Shown: positions 23,991 to 35,484 of the stretch, piece by piece
Layout: every line of letters starts with the position of its first letter
Numbering within the stretch: the first letter of the stretch is position 1
Assembly: GCF_964355755.1 (NCBI RefSeq)
Contig: NC_092675.1
Location: 13,736,912 to 13,800,911 of the forward strand
DNA from: Antedon mediterranea
Lineage: Eukaryota; Animalia; Echinodermata
Direction: 5' to 3'
DNA: 64,000 nucleotides
Translations under genes and position numbers: made by a program
The notes under the pieces: generated by a model
What the model was told of the DNA's origin: nothing
Databases searched by the model: none
The model's input: the letters and a program-made list of their open reading frames with translations, nothing else

Positions 23991-26900
23991 GCTTAATATC
24001 GTATTTATAAATGTTTTAGACCATTTTGAGCATTTCGACAAAACTTTTTCACACAAAACACCAAAGTTCTTAGAATAGCTTCAAATCGCATTTGGAGACG
24101 TTTTTTATACCATTTTGTGATTTCGATGAAACTTGATTACACAAAAACATCAAAGTTCTTAAAATCACATTATAAACCGTTTTAGACCATTTTGAGCATT
24201 TCGATAACACTTTTCACACAAAAACATCAAAGAGCACAAAATAGCTTAATATCGTATTTAAAAACGTTTTAGACCATTTTGAGCATTTAGACAAAACTTT
24301 TTCACACAAAACACCAAAGTGCTTAGAATAGCTTCAAATCGCATTTGGAGACGTTTTAGAACATTTTGTGTTTTTCGAAAAAAACTGTTAACATAAAAAC
24401 ACCAAAGTGCTTAGAATAGCTTCAAATCGCATTTGGAGACGTTTTAGAACATTTTGTGTTCTTCGAAAAAACCTGTTAACATAAAAACACCAAAGTGCTT
24501 AGAATAGCTTCAAATCGCATTTGGAGACGTTTTAGACCATTTTGTGATTTTTGAAAAAACTTGTTAACATAAAAACACCAAAGTGCTTAGAATAGCTTCA
24601 AATCACATTTGGAGACGTTTTAGACCATTTTGTGATTTTCGAAAAAAATTGTTAACATAAAAACACGAAAGTGCTTAGAATAGCTTCAAATCGCATTTGG
24701 AAACGTTTTAGACCATTTTGTGATTTTCGAAAAAGATTGTTAACATAAAAACACCAAAGTGCTTAGAAAAGCTTCAAATCGCATTTGGAGACGTTTTAGA
24801 CCATTTTGTGCATTTCGATGAAACTTGGTTACACAAAAACATCAAAGTGCTTAAAATCACATTATAAACCATTTTAGACCATTTTGAGCATTTCGATAAC
24901 ACTTTTCACACAAAAACATCAAAGAGCACAAAATAGCTTAATATCTTATTTAAAAACGTTTTAGACCATTTTGAGCATTTCGACAAAACTTTTTCACACA
25001 AAACACCAAAGTGCTTAGAATAGCTTCAAATCGCATTTGGAGACGTTTTAGACCATTTTGTGATTTTCGAAAAAACTTGTTAACATAAAAACATCAAAGT
25101 GTACAGAATAACTTCAAATCGCATTTGGAGACCGTTTTAGGCCAATTTGTGATTTCCGAAAAAACTTGTTAACCTAAAAATACCAAAGTGTTTAGAATAG
25201 CTTCAAATCGCATTTGGAGACGTTTTAGACCATTTTGTGATTTTCGAAAAAACTTGTTAACATAAAAACACCAAAGTGCTTCAAATCGCATTTGGAGACA
25301 TTTTAGACCAATTTGTGATTTTTGAAAAAACTTGTTAACATAAAAACACCAAAGTGCTTACAATAGCTTCAAATCGTATTTGGAGACGTTTTAGACCATT
25401 TTGTGATTTTCGAAAAAACTTGTTAACATAAAAACACCAAAGTACTTAGAATAGCTTCAAATCGCATTTGGAGACGTTTTAGACCATTTTATGCTTTTCG
25501 ATGAAACTTGGTTACACAAAAACATCAAAGTGCTTAAAATCACATTATAATCCGTTTTAGACCATTTTGAGCATTTCGATAACACTTTTCACACAAAAAC
25601 ATCAAAGAGCACAAAATAGCTTAATATCGTATTTAAAAACGTTTTAGACCATTTTGAGCATTTCGACAAAACTTTTTCACACAAAACACCAAAGTGCTTA
25701 GAATAGCTTCAAATCGCATTTGGAGACGTTTTAGACCATTTTGTGATTTTCGAAAAAAATTGTTAACATAAAAACATCAAAGTGTACAGAATAGCTTCAA
25801 ATCGCATTTGGAGACCGTTTTAGGCCAATTTGTGATTTTCGAAAAAACTTGTTAACCTAAAAATACCAAAGTGTTTAGAATAGCTTCAAATCGCATTTGG
25901 AGACGTTTTAGACCATTTTGTGATTTTCGAAAAAACTTGTTAACATAAAAACACCAAAGTGCTTAGAATAGCTTCAAATCGCATTTGGAGACATTTTAGA
26001 CCAATTTGTGATTTTCGAAAAAACTTGTCAACATAAAAACATCAAAGTGCTTAAAATCACATTATAATCCGTTTTAGACCATTTTGAGCATTTCGATAAC
26101 ACTTTTCACACAAAAACATCAAAGAGCACAAAATAGCTTAATATCGTATTTAAAAACGTTTTAACCATTTTGAGCATTTCGACAAAACTTTTTCACACAA
26201 AACACCAAAGTGCTTAGAATAGCTTCAAATCGCATTTGGAGACGTTTTAGACCATGTTGTGCATTTCGATGAAACTTGGTTACACAAAAACATCAAAGTG
26301 CTTAAAATCACATTATAAACCATTTTAGACCATTTTGAGCATTTCGATAACACTTTTCACACAAAAACATCAAAGAGCACAAAATAGCTTAATATCGTAT
26401 TTAAAAACGTTTTAGACCATTTTGAGCATTTCGACAAAACTTTTTCACACAAAACACCAAAGTGCTTAGAATAGCTTCAAATCGCATTTGGAGACGTTTT
26501 AGACCATTTTGTGATTTTCGAAAAAACTTGTTAACATAAAAACATCAAAGTGTACAGAATAACTTCAAATCGCATTTGGAGACCGTTTTAGGCCAATTTG
26601 TGATTTTCGAAAAAACTTGTTAACCTAAAAATACCAAAGTGTTTAGAATAGCTTCAAATCGCATTTGGAGACGTTTTAGACCATTTTGTGATTTTCGAAA
26701 AAACTTGTTAACATAAAAACACCAAAGTGCTTCAAATCGCATTTGGAGACATTTTAGACCAATTTGTGATTTTTGAAAAAACTTGTTAACATAAAAACAC
26801 CAAAGTGCTTACAATAGCTTCAAATCGTATTTGGAGACGTTTTAGACCATTTTGTGATTTTCGAAAAAACTTGTTAACATAAAAACACCAAAGTACTTAG

Positions 26901-28882
26901 AATAGCTTCAAATCGCATTTGGAGACGTTTTAGACCATTTTATGCATTTCGATGAAACTTGGTTACACAAAAACATCAAAGTGCTTAAAATCACATTATA
27001 ATCCGTTTTAGACCATTTTGAGCATTTCGATAACACTTTTCACACAAAAACATCAAAGAGCACAAAATAGCTTAATATCGTATTTAAAAACTTTTTAGAC
27101 CATTTTGAGCATTTCGACAAAACTTTTTCACACAAAACACCAAAGTGCTTAGAATAGCTTCAAATCGCATTTGGAGACGTTTTAGACCATTTTGTGATTT
27201 TCGAAAAAAATTGTTAACATAAAAACATCAAAGTGTACAGAATAGCTTCAAATCGCATTTGGAGACCGTTTTAGGCCAATTTGTGATTTTCGAAAAAACT
27301 TGTTAACCTAAAAATACCAAAGTGTTTAGAATTGCTTCAAATCGCATTTGGAGACGTTTTAGACCATTTTGTGATTTTCGAAAAAACTTGTTAACATAAA
27401 AACACCAAAGTGCTTAGAATAGCTTCAAATCGCATTTGGAGACATTTTAGACCAATTTGTGATTTTCGAAAAAACTTATCAACATAAAAACACCAAAGGG
27501 TTTAGAATATCTTCAAATCGCATTTGGAGACGTTTTAGACCATTTTGTGATTTTCGAAAAAACTTGTTAACATAAAAACACCAAAGTGCTTAGAATAGCT
27601 TCAAATCGCATTTGGAGACGTTTTAGACCAATTTGTGATTTTCGAAAAAACTTATCAACATAAAAACACCAAAGGGTTTAGAATAGCTTCAAATCGCATT
27701 TGGAGACGTTTTAGACCATTTTGTGATTTTGAAAAAACTTGTTAACATAAAAACACCAAAGTGCTTAGAATAGCTTCAAATCGCATTTGGAGACGTTTTA
27801 GACCATTTTGTGATTTTCGAAAAAACTTGTTAACATAAAAACACCAAAGTGCTTAGAATAGCTTCAAATCGTATTTGGAGACTTTTTAGACCATTTTGAG
27901 ATTTTCGAAAAAACTTGGTTACACAAAAACATCAAAGTGCTTAAAATCACATTATAAACCGTTTTAGACCATTTTGAGCATTTCGATAACACTTTTCACA
28001 CAAAAACATCAAAGAGCACAAAATAGCTTAATATCGTATTTAAAAACGTTTTAGACCATTTTGAGCATTTCGACAAAACTTTTTCACACAAAACACCAAA
28101 GTGCTTAGAATAGCTTCAAATCGCATTTGGAGACGTTTTAGACCAATTTGTGATTTTTGAAAAAACTTGTTAACATAAAAACACCAAAGTGCTTAGAATA
28201 GCTTCAAATCACATTTGGAGACGTTTTAGACCATTTTGTGATTTTCGAAAAAACTTGTTAACATAAAAACACGAAAGTGCTTAGAATAGCTTCAAATCGC
28301 CTTTGGAAACGTTTTAGACCATTTTGTGATTTTCGAAAAAACTTGTTAACATAAAAACACGAAAGTGCTTAGAATCACATTATAAACCGTTTTAGACCAT
28401 TTTGAGCATTTCGATAACAATTTTCACACAAAAACATCAAAGAGCACAAAATAGCTTAATATCGTATTTAAAAATGTTTTAGACCATTTTGAGCATTTAG
28501 ATAAAACTTTTTCACACAAAACACCAAAGTGCTTAGAATAGCTTCAAATCGCATTTGGAGACGTTTTAGACCATTTTGTGATTTTTGAAAAAACTTGTTA
28601 ACATAAAAACACCAAAGTGCTTAGAATAGCTTCAAATCACATTTGGAGATGTTTTAGACCATTTTGTGATTTTTGAAAAAACTTGTTAACATAAAAACAC
28701 GAAAGTGCTTAGAATAGCTTCAAATCGCATTTGGAAACGTTTTAGACCATTTTGTGATTTTCGAAAAAGATTGTTAACATAAAAACACCAATGTGCTTAG
28801 AATCACATTATAAACCGTTTTAGACCATTTTGAGCATTTCGATAACAATTTTCACACAAAAACATCAAAGAGCACAAAATAG
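23985..28882. repeat. Satellite DNA array, block 2 (4.9 kb between the two LINE copies)
   Basis: Same monomer classes and orientation; near-identical to 17049-21946 at an offset of 6,936 bp. Confidence 0.98.
28876..28882 (+). other. Target-site duplication AAAATAG, left copy (right copy 30921-30927)
   Basis: Identical to the copy 1 junctions. Confidence 0.8.
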
Positions 28883-28960
28883 TATTATAGATATCTGAAA
28901 AAAAATAATAATCGGTTAGCCCAAAGTAATTTCAAATTTGCTCGCGCGTCTTTTAAAAAA

Positions 28961-30817
28961 ATGTGCAATAAAAAGTACAAAGATTACTTGGACTCTTTGG
29001 CTAAGCAAATTGTCACTAACAGTAAAAGATTCTGGAGCTGGATGAAAACTAAATACAAGTCAAATAATCTTCCTTCTGTCATGAGTCACGATAACATTTC
29101 ATTCCAGTCTAATTATGATAAAGCTACCACATTTAATTCTTATTTTCATTCTTTTTTCAGTGAGCCTTCTCCGGACGTTCCCCGGGACTATCCAGGTCTT
29201 CCTGACTATGCGGTGGATAACTTAAGTTCTCTGTCTGTGAATCAGCATTCTGTGGAAAAGGCACTTAGTAACATTGATATCAATAAAGCTACTGGCATTG
29301 ATCAGATTAGTAACGTTGTCTTAAAGGGTGCCTCCTCCTCACTCTCTTATCCGCTTTGCAAATTGTTTCAGCTATCTATTAATTCTGGGGTTTTTCCTTC
29401 ATCTTGGAAACACGCTAATATTGTCCCAATTCACAAGAGTGGTCCCAAAAAACTAATCTGTAACTATCGTCCTATTTCGTTATTGCCTACTATGTCTAAG
29501 ATTTTTGAGCGCATTGTGCATGATGGTTTGTCATCACATGTTGCTAATGCTTTAAGTCCTAGGCAGCATGGTTTTGTCTCTGGGAGATCATGTCAAACCA
29601 ACCTCGCACTGCTTCTTGCTACATCATACGATGCAATTAACAGCAAGAAGCAGTGCGATGTGATTTACACTGATTTCTCTAAGGCTTTTGATTCCGTTTC
29701 CCATGATTTGCTTATTTTTAAACTTTCAAAATTTGGTTTATCCGGTTCACTGTTAAGTTGGTTTAAAAGCTATTTAACTAATAGACAACAGCGTGTTGTC
29801 ATTGGGGGAGAGACATCTGATTGGCTCCCTGTGTTATCGGGCGTTCCGCAGGGCTCGATCCTGGGCCCGCTTTTGTTTAATTTATTTATCAACGATCTTC
29901 CTTTAAAATTTAATCATTCCGAGTCTCTTTTATTTGCTGACGATCTGAAATTGTTTAAAGTGATTACCACTCCACAGGATGCTTTTTCACTTCAGGAGGA
30001 TCTGGATGGTCTCGTGGAATGGACGGAGAAGTGGGGGATAAAACTTAATGCTAATAAATGCAAATATTTATCTATAACACTTAAAAAAAGGCCTGTGCTC
30101 TTCAATTATAATCTGAGTGGACATGATCTTGAGATGGTTTATGTATGGAAAGATTTAGGTATTTTTATTGATAGTAAATTAAATTTTTGTTCACATATTA
30201 ATCATGTGTTGTCAAAAGCTAATAGAATGATGGGCTTAATATGGAGAAATTGTAGGTTTATGAACGACGGCAGGGCACTTTTATCTTTATACAAATCTAT
30301 TATACGTCCTCACCTTGAATATTGTTCCGCAATTTTCAATTCAATTTCTCCATGTCAGGCCCGTCGAATCGACACTGTTCAACGGAAGTTTGTTCGATTC
30401 CTGTCTTATAACTGTGTTAATTTTGCCTTTTCCATTGATTCTGTCAGCAATCGTCGAACGATATCTGATATGGTTTTTTTATATAATATTTTAAATTCTA
30501 AATATGACTGTTCATTAATTTCACTATTTAGTTTAAATGTTCCTGGTCGTACACGAAATAGACATTTATTGCATATTCCTTTTAGCCGTGTCGACTGTAC
30601 TAAGAGGGGACTTTTTCATAGACTACCTTATACATTTAATAATCTAAATAGCAATCATATCGATATTTTTAATGATAGACTTGGTTATTTTAAGAGGACG
30701 ATGATGTGTTCACTTCTTGAACAGTCTGCAAAACCTGTTTTAATTGAAATTTTTTATGGCATGCCAATCTATGTTTTTTATATATATATATATATTTTAT
30801 CTGTATTTTATTGTTAA
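28961..30817 (+). CDS. LINE ORF2 fragment (RT), stop-loss variant with a 28-aa read-through into the 3' UTR
   Basis: Protein identical to copy 1 for 590 aa. TAA at 23795-23797 corresponds to AAA at 30731-30733. The extension includes YIYIYI translated from the (TA)8 tract. Confidence 0.88.
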   Translation: MCNKKYKDYLDSLAKQIVTNSKRFWSWMKTKYKSNNLPSVMSHDNISFQSNYDKATTFNSYFHSFFSEPSPDVPRDYPGLPDYAVDNLSSLSVNQHSVEKALSNIDINKATGIDQISNVVLKGASSSLSYPLCKLFQLSINSGVFPSSWKHANIVPIHKSGPKKLICNYRPISLLPTMSKIFERIVHDGLSSHVANALSPRQHGFVSGRSCQTNLALLLATSYDAINSKKQCDVIYTDFSKAFDSVSHDLLIFKLSKFGLSGSLLSWFKSYLTNRQQRVVIGGETSDWLPVLSGVPQGSILGPLLFNLFINDLPLKFNHSESLLFADDLKLFKVITTPQDAFSLQEDLDGLVEWTEKWGIKLNANKCKYLSITLKKRPVLFNYNLSGHDLEMVYVWKDLGIFIDSKLNFCSHINHVLSKANRMMGLIWRNCRFMNDGRALLSLYKSIIRPHLEYCSAIFNSISPCQARRIDTVQRKFVRFLSYNCVNFAFSIDSVSNRRTISDMVFLYNILNSKYDCSLISLFSLNVPGRTRNRHLLHIPFSRVDCTKRGLFHRLPYTFNNLNSNHIDIFNDRLGYFKRTMMCSLLEQSAKPVLIEIFYGMPIYVFYIYIYILSVFYC

Positions 30818-30848
30818 CCGTTTTTGCTGTTGTATTGTTTTATGTTTC

Positions 30849-30884
30849 AAACCTGTTAGTGGCGGTATTTATCGCTGTTGGTTT
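30849..30884 (+). promoter_or_regulatory. Putative 3' UTR RNA stem-loop, copy 2
   Basis: Identical to 23913-23948. Confidence 0.6.
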
Positions 30885-30890
30885 TGATTG

Positions 30891-30926
30891 AATAAAATAA
30901 AAATAAAATAAAAATAAAATAAAATA
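30891..30926 (+). repeat. LINE 3' simple-repeat tail, copy 2
   Basis: Same irregular 5/6-nt pattern as copy 1. Confidence 0.9.
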
Positions 30927-33900
30927 GCTTAATATCGTATTTATAAATGTTTTAGACCATTTTGAGCATTTCGACAAAACTTTTTCACACAAAACACCAA
31001 AGTTCTTAGAATAGCTTCAAATCGCATTTGGAGACGTTTTTTATACCATTTTGTGATTTCGATGAAACTTGATTACACAAAAACATCAAAGTTCTTAAAA
31101 TCACATTATAAACCGTTTTAGACCATTTTGAGCATTTCGATAACACTTTTCACACAAAAACATCAAAGAGCACAAAATAGCTTAATATCGTATTTAAAAA
31201 CGTTTTAGACCATTTTGAGCATTTAGACAAAACTTTTTCACACAAAACACCAAAGTGCTTAGAATAGCTTCAAATCGCATTTGGAGACGTTTTAGAACAT
31301 TTTGTGTTTTTCGAAAAAAACTGTTAACATAAAAACACCAAAGTGCTTAGAATAGCTTCAAATCGCATTTGGAGACGTTTTAGAACATTTTGTGTTCTTC
31401 GAAAAAACCTGTTAACATAAAAACACCAAAGTGCTTAGAATAGCTTCAAATCGCATTTGGAGACGTTTTAGACCATTTTGTGATTTTTGAAAAAACTTGT
31501 TAACATAAAAACACCAAAGTGCTTAGAATAGCTTCAAATCACATTTGGAGACGTTTTAGACCATTTTGTGATTTTCGAAAAAAATTGTTAACATAAAAAC
31601 ACGAAAGTGCTTAGAATAGCTTCAAATCGCATTTGGAAACGTTTTAGACCATTTTGTGATTTTCGAAAAAGATTGTTAACATAAAAACACCAAAGTGCTT
31701 AGAAAAGCTTCAAATCGCATTTGGAGACGTTTTAGACCATTTTGTGCATTTCGATGAAACTTGGTTACACAAAAACATCAAAGTGCTTAAAATCACATTA
31801 TAAACCATTTTAGACCATTTTGAGCATTTCGATAACACTTTTCACACAAAAACATCAAAGAGCACAAAATAGCTTAATATCTTATTTAAAAACGTTTTAG
31901 ACCATTTTGAGCATTTCGACAAAACTTTTTCACACAAAACACCAAAGTGCTTAGAATAGCTTCAAATCGCATTTGGAGACGTTTTAGACCATTTTGTGAT
32001 TTTCGAAAAAACTTGTTAACATAAAAACATCAAAGTGTACAGAATAACTTCAAATCGCATTTGGAGACCGTTTTAGGCCAATTTGTGATTTCCGAAAAAA
32101 CTTGTTAACCTAAAAATACCAAAGTGTTTAGAATAGCTTCAAATCGCATTTGGAGACGTTTTAGACCATTTTGTGATTTTCGAAAAAACTTGTTAACATA
32201 AAAACACCAAAGTGCTTCAAATCGCATTTGGAGACATTTTAGACCAATTTGTGATTTTTGAAAAAACTTGTTAACATAAAAACACCAAAGTGCTTACAAT
32301 AGCTTCAAATCGTATTTGGAGACGTTTTAGACCATTTTGTGATTTTCGAAAAAACTTGTTAACATAAAAACACCAAAGTACTTAGAATAGCTTCAAATCG
32401 CATTTGGAGACGTTTTAGACCATTTTATGCTTTTCGATGAAACTTGGTTACACAAAAACATCAAAGTGCTTAAAATCACATTATAATCCGTTTTAGACCA
32501 TTTTGAGCATTTCGATAACACTTTTCACACAAAAACATCAAAGAGCACAAAATAGCTTAATATCGTATTTAAAAACGTTTTAGACCATTTTGAGCATTTC
32601 GACAAAACTTTTTCACACAAAACACCAAAGTGCTTAGAATAGCTTCAAATCGCATTTGGAGACGTTTTAGACCATTTTGTGATTTTCGAAAAAAATTGTT
32701 AACATAAAAACATCAAAGTGTACAGAATAGCTTCAAATCGCATTTGGAGACCGTTTTAGGCCAATTTGTGATTTTCGAAAAAACTTGTTAACCTAAAAAT
32801 ACCAAAGTGTTTAGAATAGCTTCAAATTGCATTTGGAGACGTTTTAGACCATTTTGTGATTTTCGAAAAAACTTGTTAACATAAAAACACCAAAGTGCTT
32901 AGAATAGCTTCAAATCGCATTTGGAGACATTTTAGACCAATTTGTGATTTTCGAAAAAACTTGTCAACATAAAAACATCAAAGTGCTTAAAATCACATTA
33001 TAATCCGTTTTAGACCATTTTGAGCATTTCGATAACACTTTTCACACAAAAACATCAAAGAGCACAAAATAGCTTAATATCGTATTTAAAAACGTTTTAA
33101 CCATTTTGAGCATTTCGACAAAACTTTTTCACACAAAACACCAAAGTGCTTAGAATAGCTTCAAATCGCATTTGGAGACGTTTTAGACCATTTTGTGATT
33201 TTCGAAAAAAATTGTTAACATAAAAACATCAAAGTGTACATAATAGCTTCAAATCGCATTTGGAGACCGTTTTAGGCCAATTTGTGATTTTCGAAAAAAC
33301 TTGTTAACCTAAAAATACCAAAGTGTTTAGAATAGCTTCAAATCGCATTTGGAGACGTTTTAGACCATTTTGTGATTTTCGAAAAAACTTGTTAACATAA
33401 AAACACCAAAGTGCTTAGAATAGCTTCAAATCGCATATGGAGACATTTTAGACCAATTTGTGATTTTCGAAAAAACTTGTCAACATAAAAACACCAAAGG
33501 GTTTAGAATATCTTCAAATCGCATTTGGAGACGTTTTAGACCATTTTGTGATTTTCGAAAAAACTTGTTAACATAAAAACACCAAAGTGCTTAGAATAGC
33601 TTCAAATCGCATTTGGAGACGTTTTAGACCAATTTGTGATTTTCGAAAAAACTTATCAACATAAAAACACCAAAGGGTTTAGAATAGCTTCAAATCGCAT
33701 TTGGAGACGTTTTAGACCATTTTGTGATTTTGAAAAAACTTGTTAACATAAAAACACCAAAGTGCTTAGAATAGCTTCAAATCGCATTTGGAGACGTTTT
33801 AGACCATTTTGTGATTTTCGAAAAAACTTGTTAACATAAAAACACCAAAGTGCTTAGAATAGCTTCAAATCGTATTTGGAGACGTTTTAGACCATTTTGA

Positions 33901-35484
33901 GATTTTCGAAAAAACTTGGTTACACAAAAACATCAAAGTGCTTAAAATCACATTATAAACCGTTTTAGACCATTTTGAGCATTTCGATAACACTTTTCAC
34001 ACAAAAACATCAAAGAGCACAAAATAGCTTAATATCGTATTTAAAAACGTTTTAGACCATTTTGAGCATTTCGACAAAACTTTTTCACACAAAACACCAA
34101 AGTGCTTAGAATAGCTTCAAATTGCATTTGGAGACGTTTTAGACCAATTTGTGCATTTCGATGAAACTTGATTACACAAAAACATCAAAGTGCTTAAAAT
34201 CACATCATAAACCGTTTTAGACCATTTTGAGCATTTCGATAACACTTTTCACACAAAAACATGAAAGAGCACAAAATAGCTTAATATCGTATTTAAAAAC
34301 GTTTTAGACCATTTTGAGCATTTCGACAAAACTTTTTTACACAAAACACCAAAGTGCTTAGAATAGCTTCAAATCGCATTTGGAGACGTTTTAGACCAAT
34401 TTGTGCATTTCGATGAAACTTGATTACACAAAAACATCAAAGTGCTTAAAATCACATTATAAACCGTTTTAGACCATTTTGAGCATTTCGATAACACTTT
34501 TCACACAAAAACATCAAAGAGCACAAAATAGCTTAATATCGTATTTAAAAACGTTTTAGACCATTTTGAGCATTTAGACAAAACTTTTTCACACAAAACA
34601 CCAAAGTGCTTAGAATAGCTTCAAATCGCATTTGGAGACGTTTTAGACCATTTTGTGCATTTCGATGAAACTTGGTTACACAAAAACATCAAAGTGCTTA
34701 AAATCACATTATAAATCGTTTTAGACCATTTTGAGCATTTCGACAAAACTTTTTCACACAAAATACCAAAGTGCTTAGAATAGCTTCAAATCGCATTTCG
34801 AGACGTTTTAGACCATTTTGTGATTTTCGAAAAAACTTTTTAAAATAAAAACACCAAAGTGCTTAGAATAGCTTCAAATCACATTTGGAGACATTTTAGA
34901 CCATTTTGTGATTTTCGAAAAAACTTGTTAACATAAAAACACGAAAGTGCTTAGAATAGCTTCAAATCGCATTTGGAAACGTTTTAGACCATTTTGTGAT
35001 TTTCGAAAAAAATTGTTAACATAAAAACACCAAAGTGCTTAGAATCACATTATAAACCGTTTTAGACCATTTTGAGCATTTCGATAACAATTTTCACACA
35101 AAAACATCAAAGAGCACAAAATAGCTTAATATCGTATTTAAAAATGTTTTAGACCATTTTGAGCATTTAGATAAAACTTTTTCACACAAAACACCAAAGT
35201 GCTTAGAATAGCTTCAAATCGCATTTGGAGACGTTTTAGACCATTTTGTGATTTTTGAAAAAACTTGTTAACATAAAAACACCAAAGTGCTTAGAATAGC
35301 TTCAAATCACATTTGGAGACGTTTTAGACCATTTTGTGATTTTTGAAAAAACTTGTTAACATAAAAACACGAAAGTGCTTAGAATAGCTTCAAATCGCAT
35401 TTGGAAACGTTTTAGACCATTTTGTGATTTTCGAAAAAGATTGTAAACATAAAAACACGAAAGTGCTTAGAATAGCTTCAAATC

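Larger units (their letters stand above)
28883..30920 (+). mobile_element. 5'-truncated non-LTR retrotransposon (LINE), CR1 group, copy 2, 2,038 bp
   Basis: Same 5' truncation point, tail and junctions as copy 1, offset 6,936 bp. The only difference noticed is T>A at 30731. Confidence 0.93.
17049..33190. repeat. 6,936-bp composite tandem unit (4.9 kb satellite + LINE), about 2.3 copies
   Basis: Rare variants (TTATAAATG, CCAAAGTTCTTAG, GACGTTTTTTATACC) follow positions 17055, 23991 and 30927 at exact 6,936-bp spacing. The third copy departs from the unit at about 33190. Confidence 0.9.

Noticed and set aside
21947-30920. Two LINE copies as LTRs or terminal repeats of a composite element carrying satellite cargo
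   Set aside because: Each repeat has its own TSD and tail, and the periodicity extends into the satellite on both sides, which indicates tandem duplication.
21947-30920. Two independent site-specific insertions (R2/SART/TRAS-like)
   Set aside because: Identical truncation point, tail pattern and private flanking SNP argue for one event. No restriction-like endonuclease motif was seen in the C-terminus.
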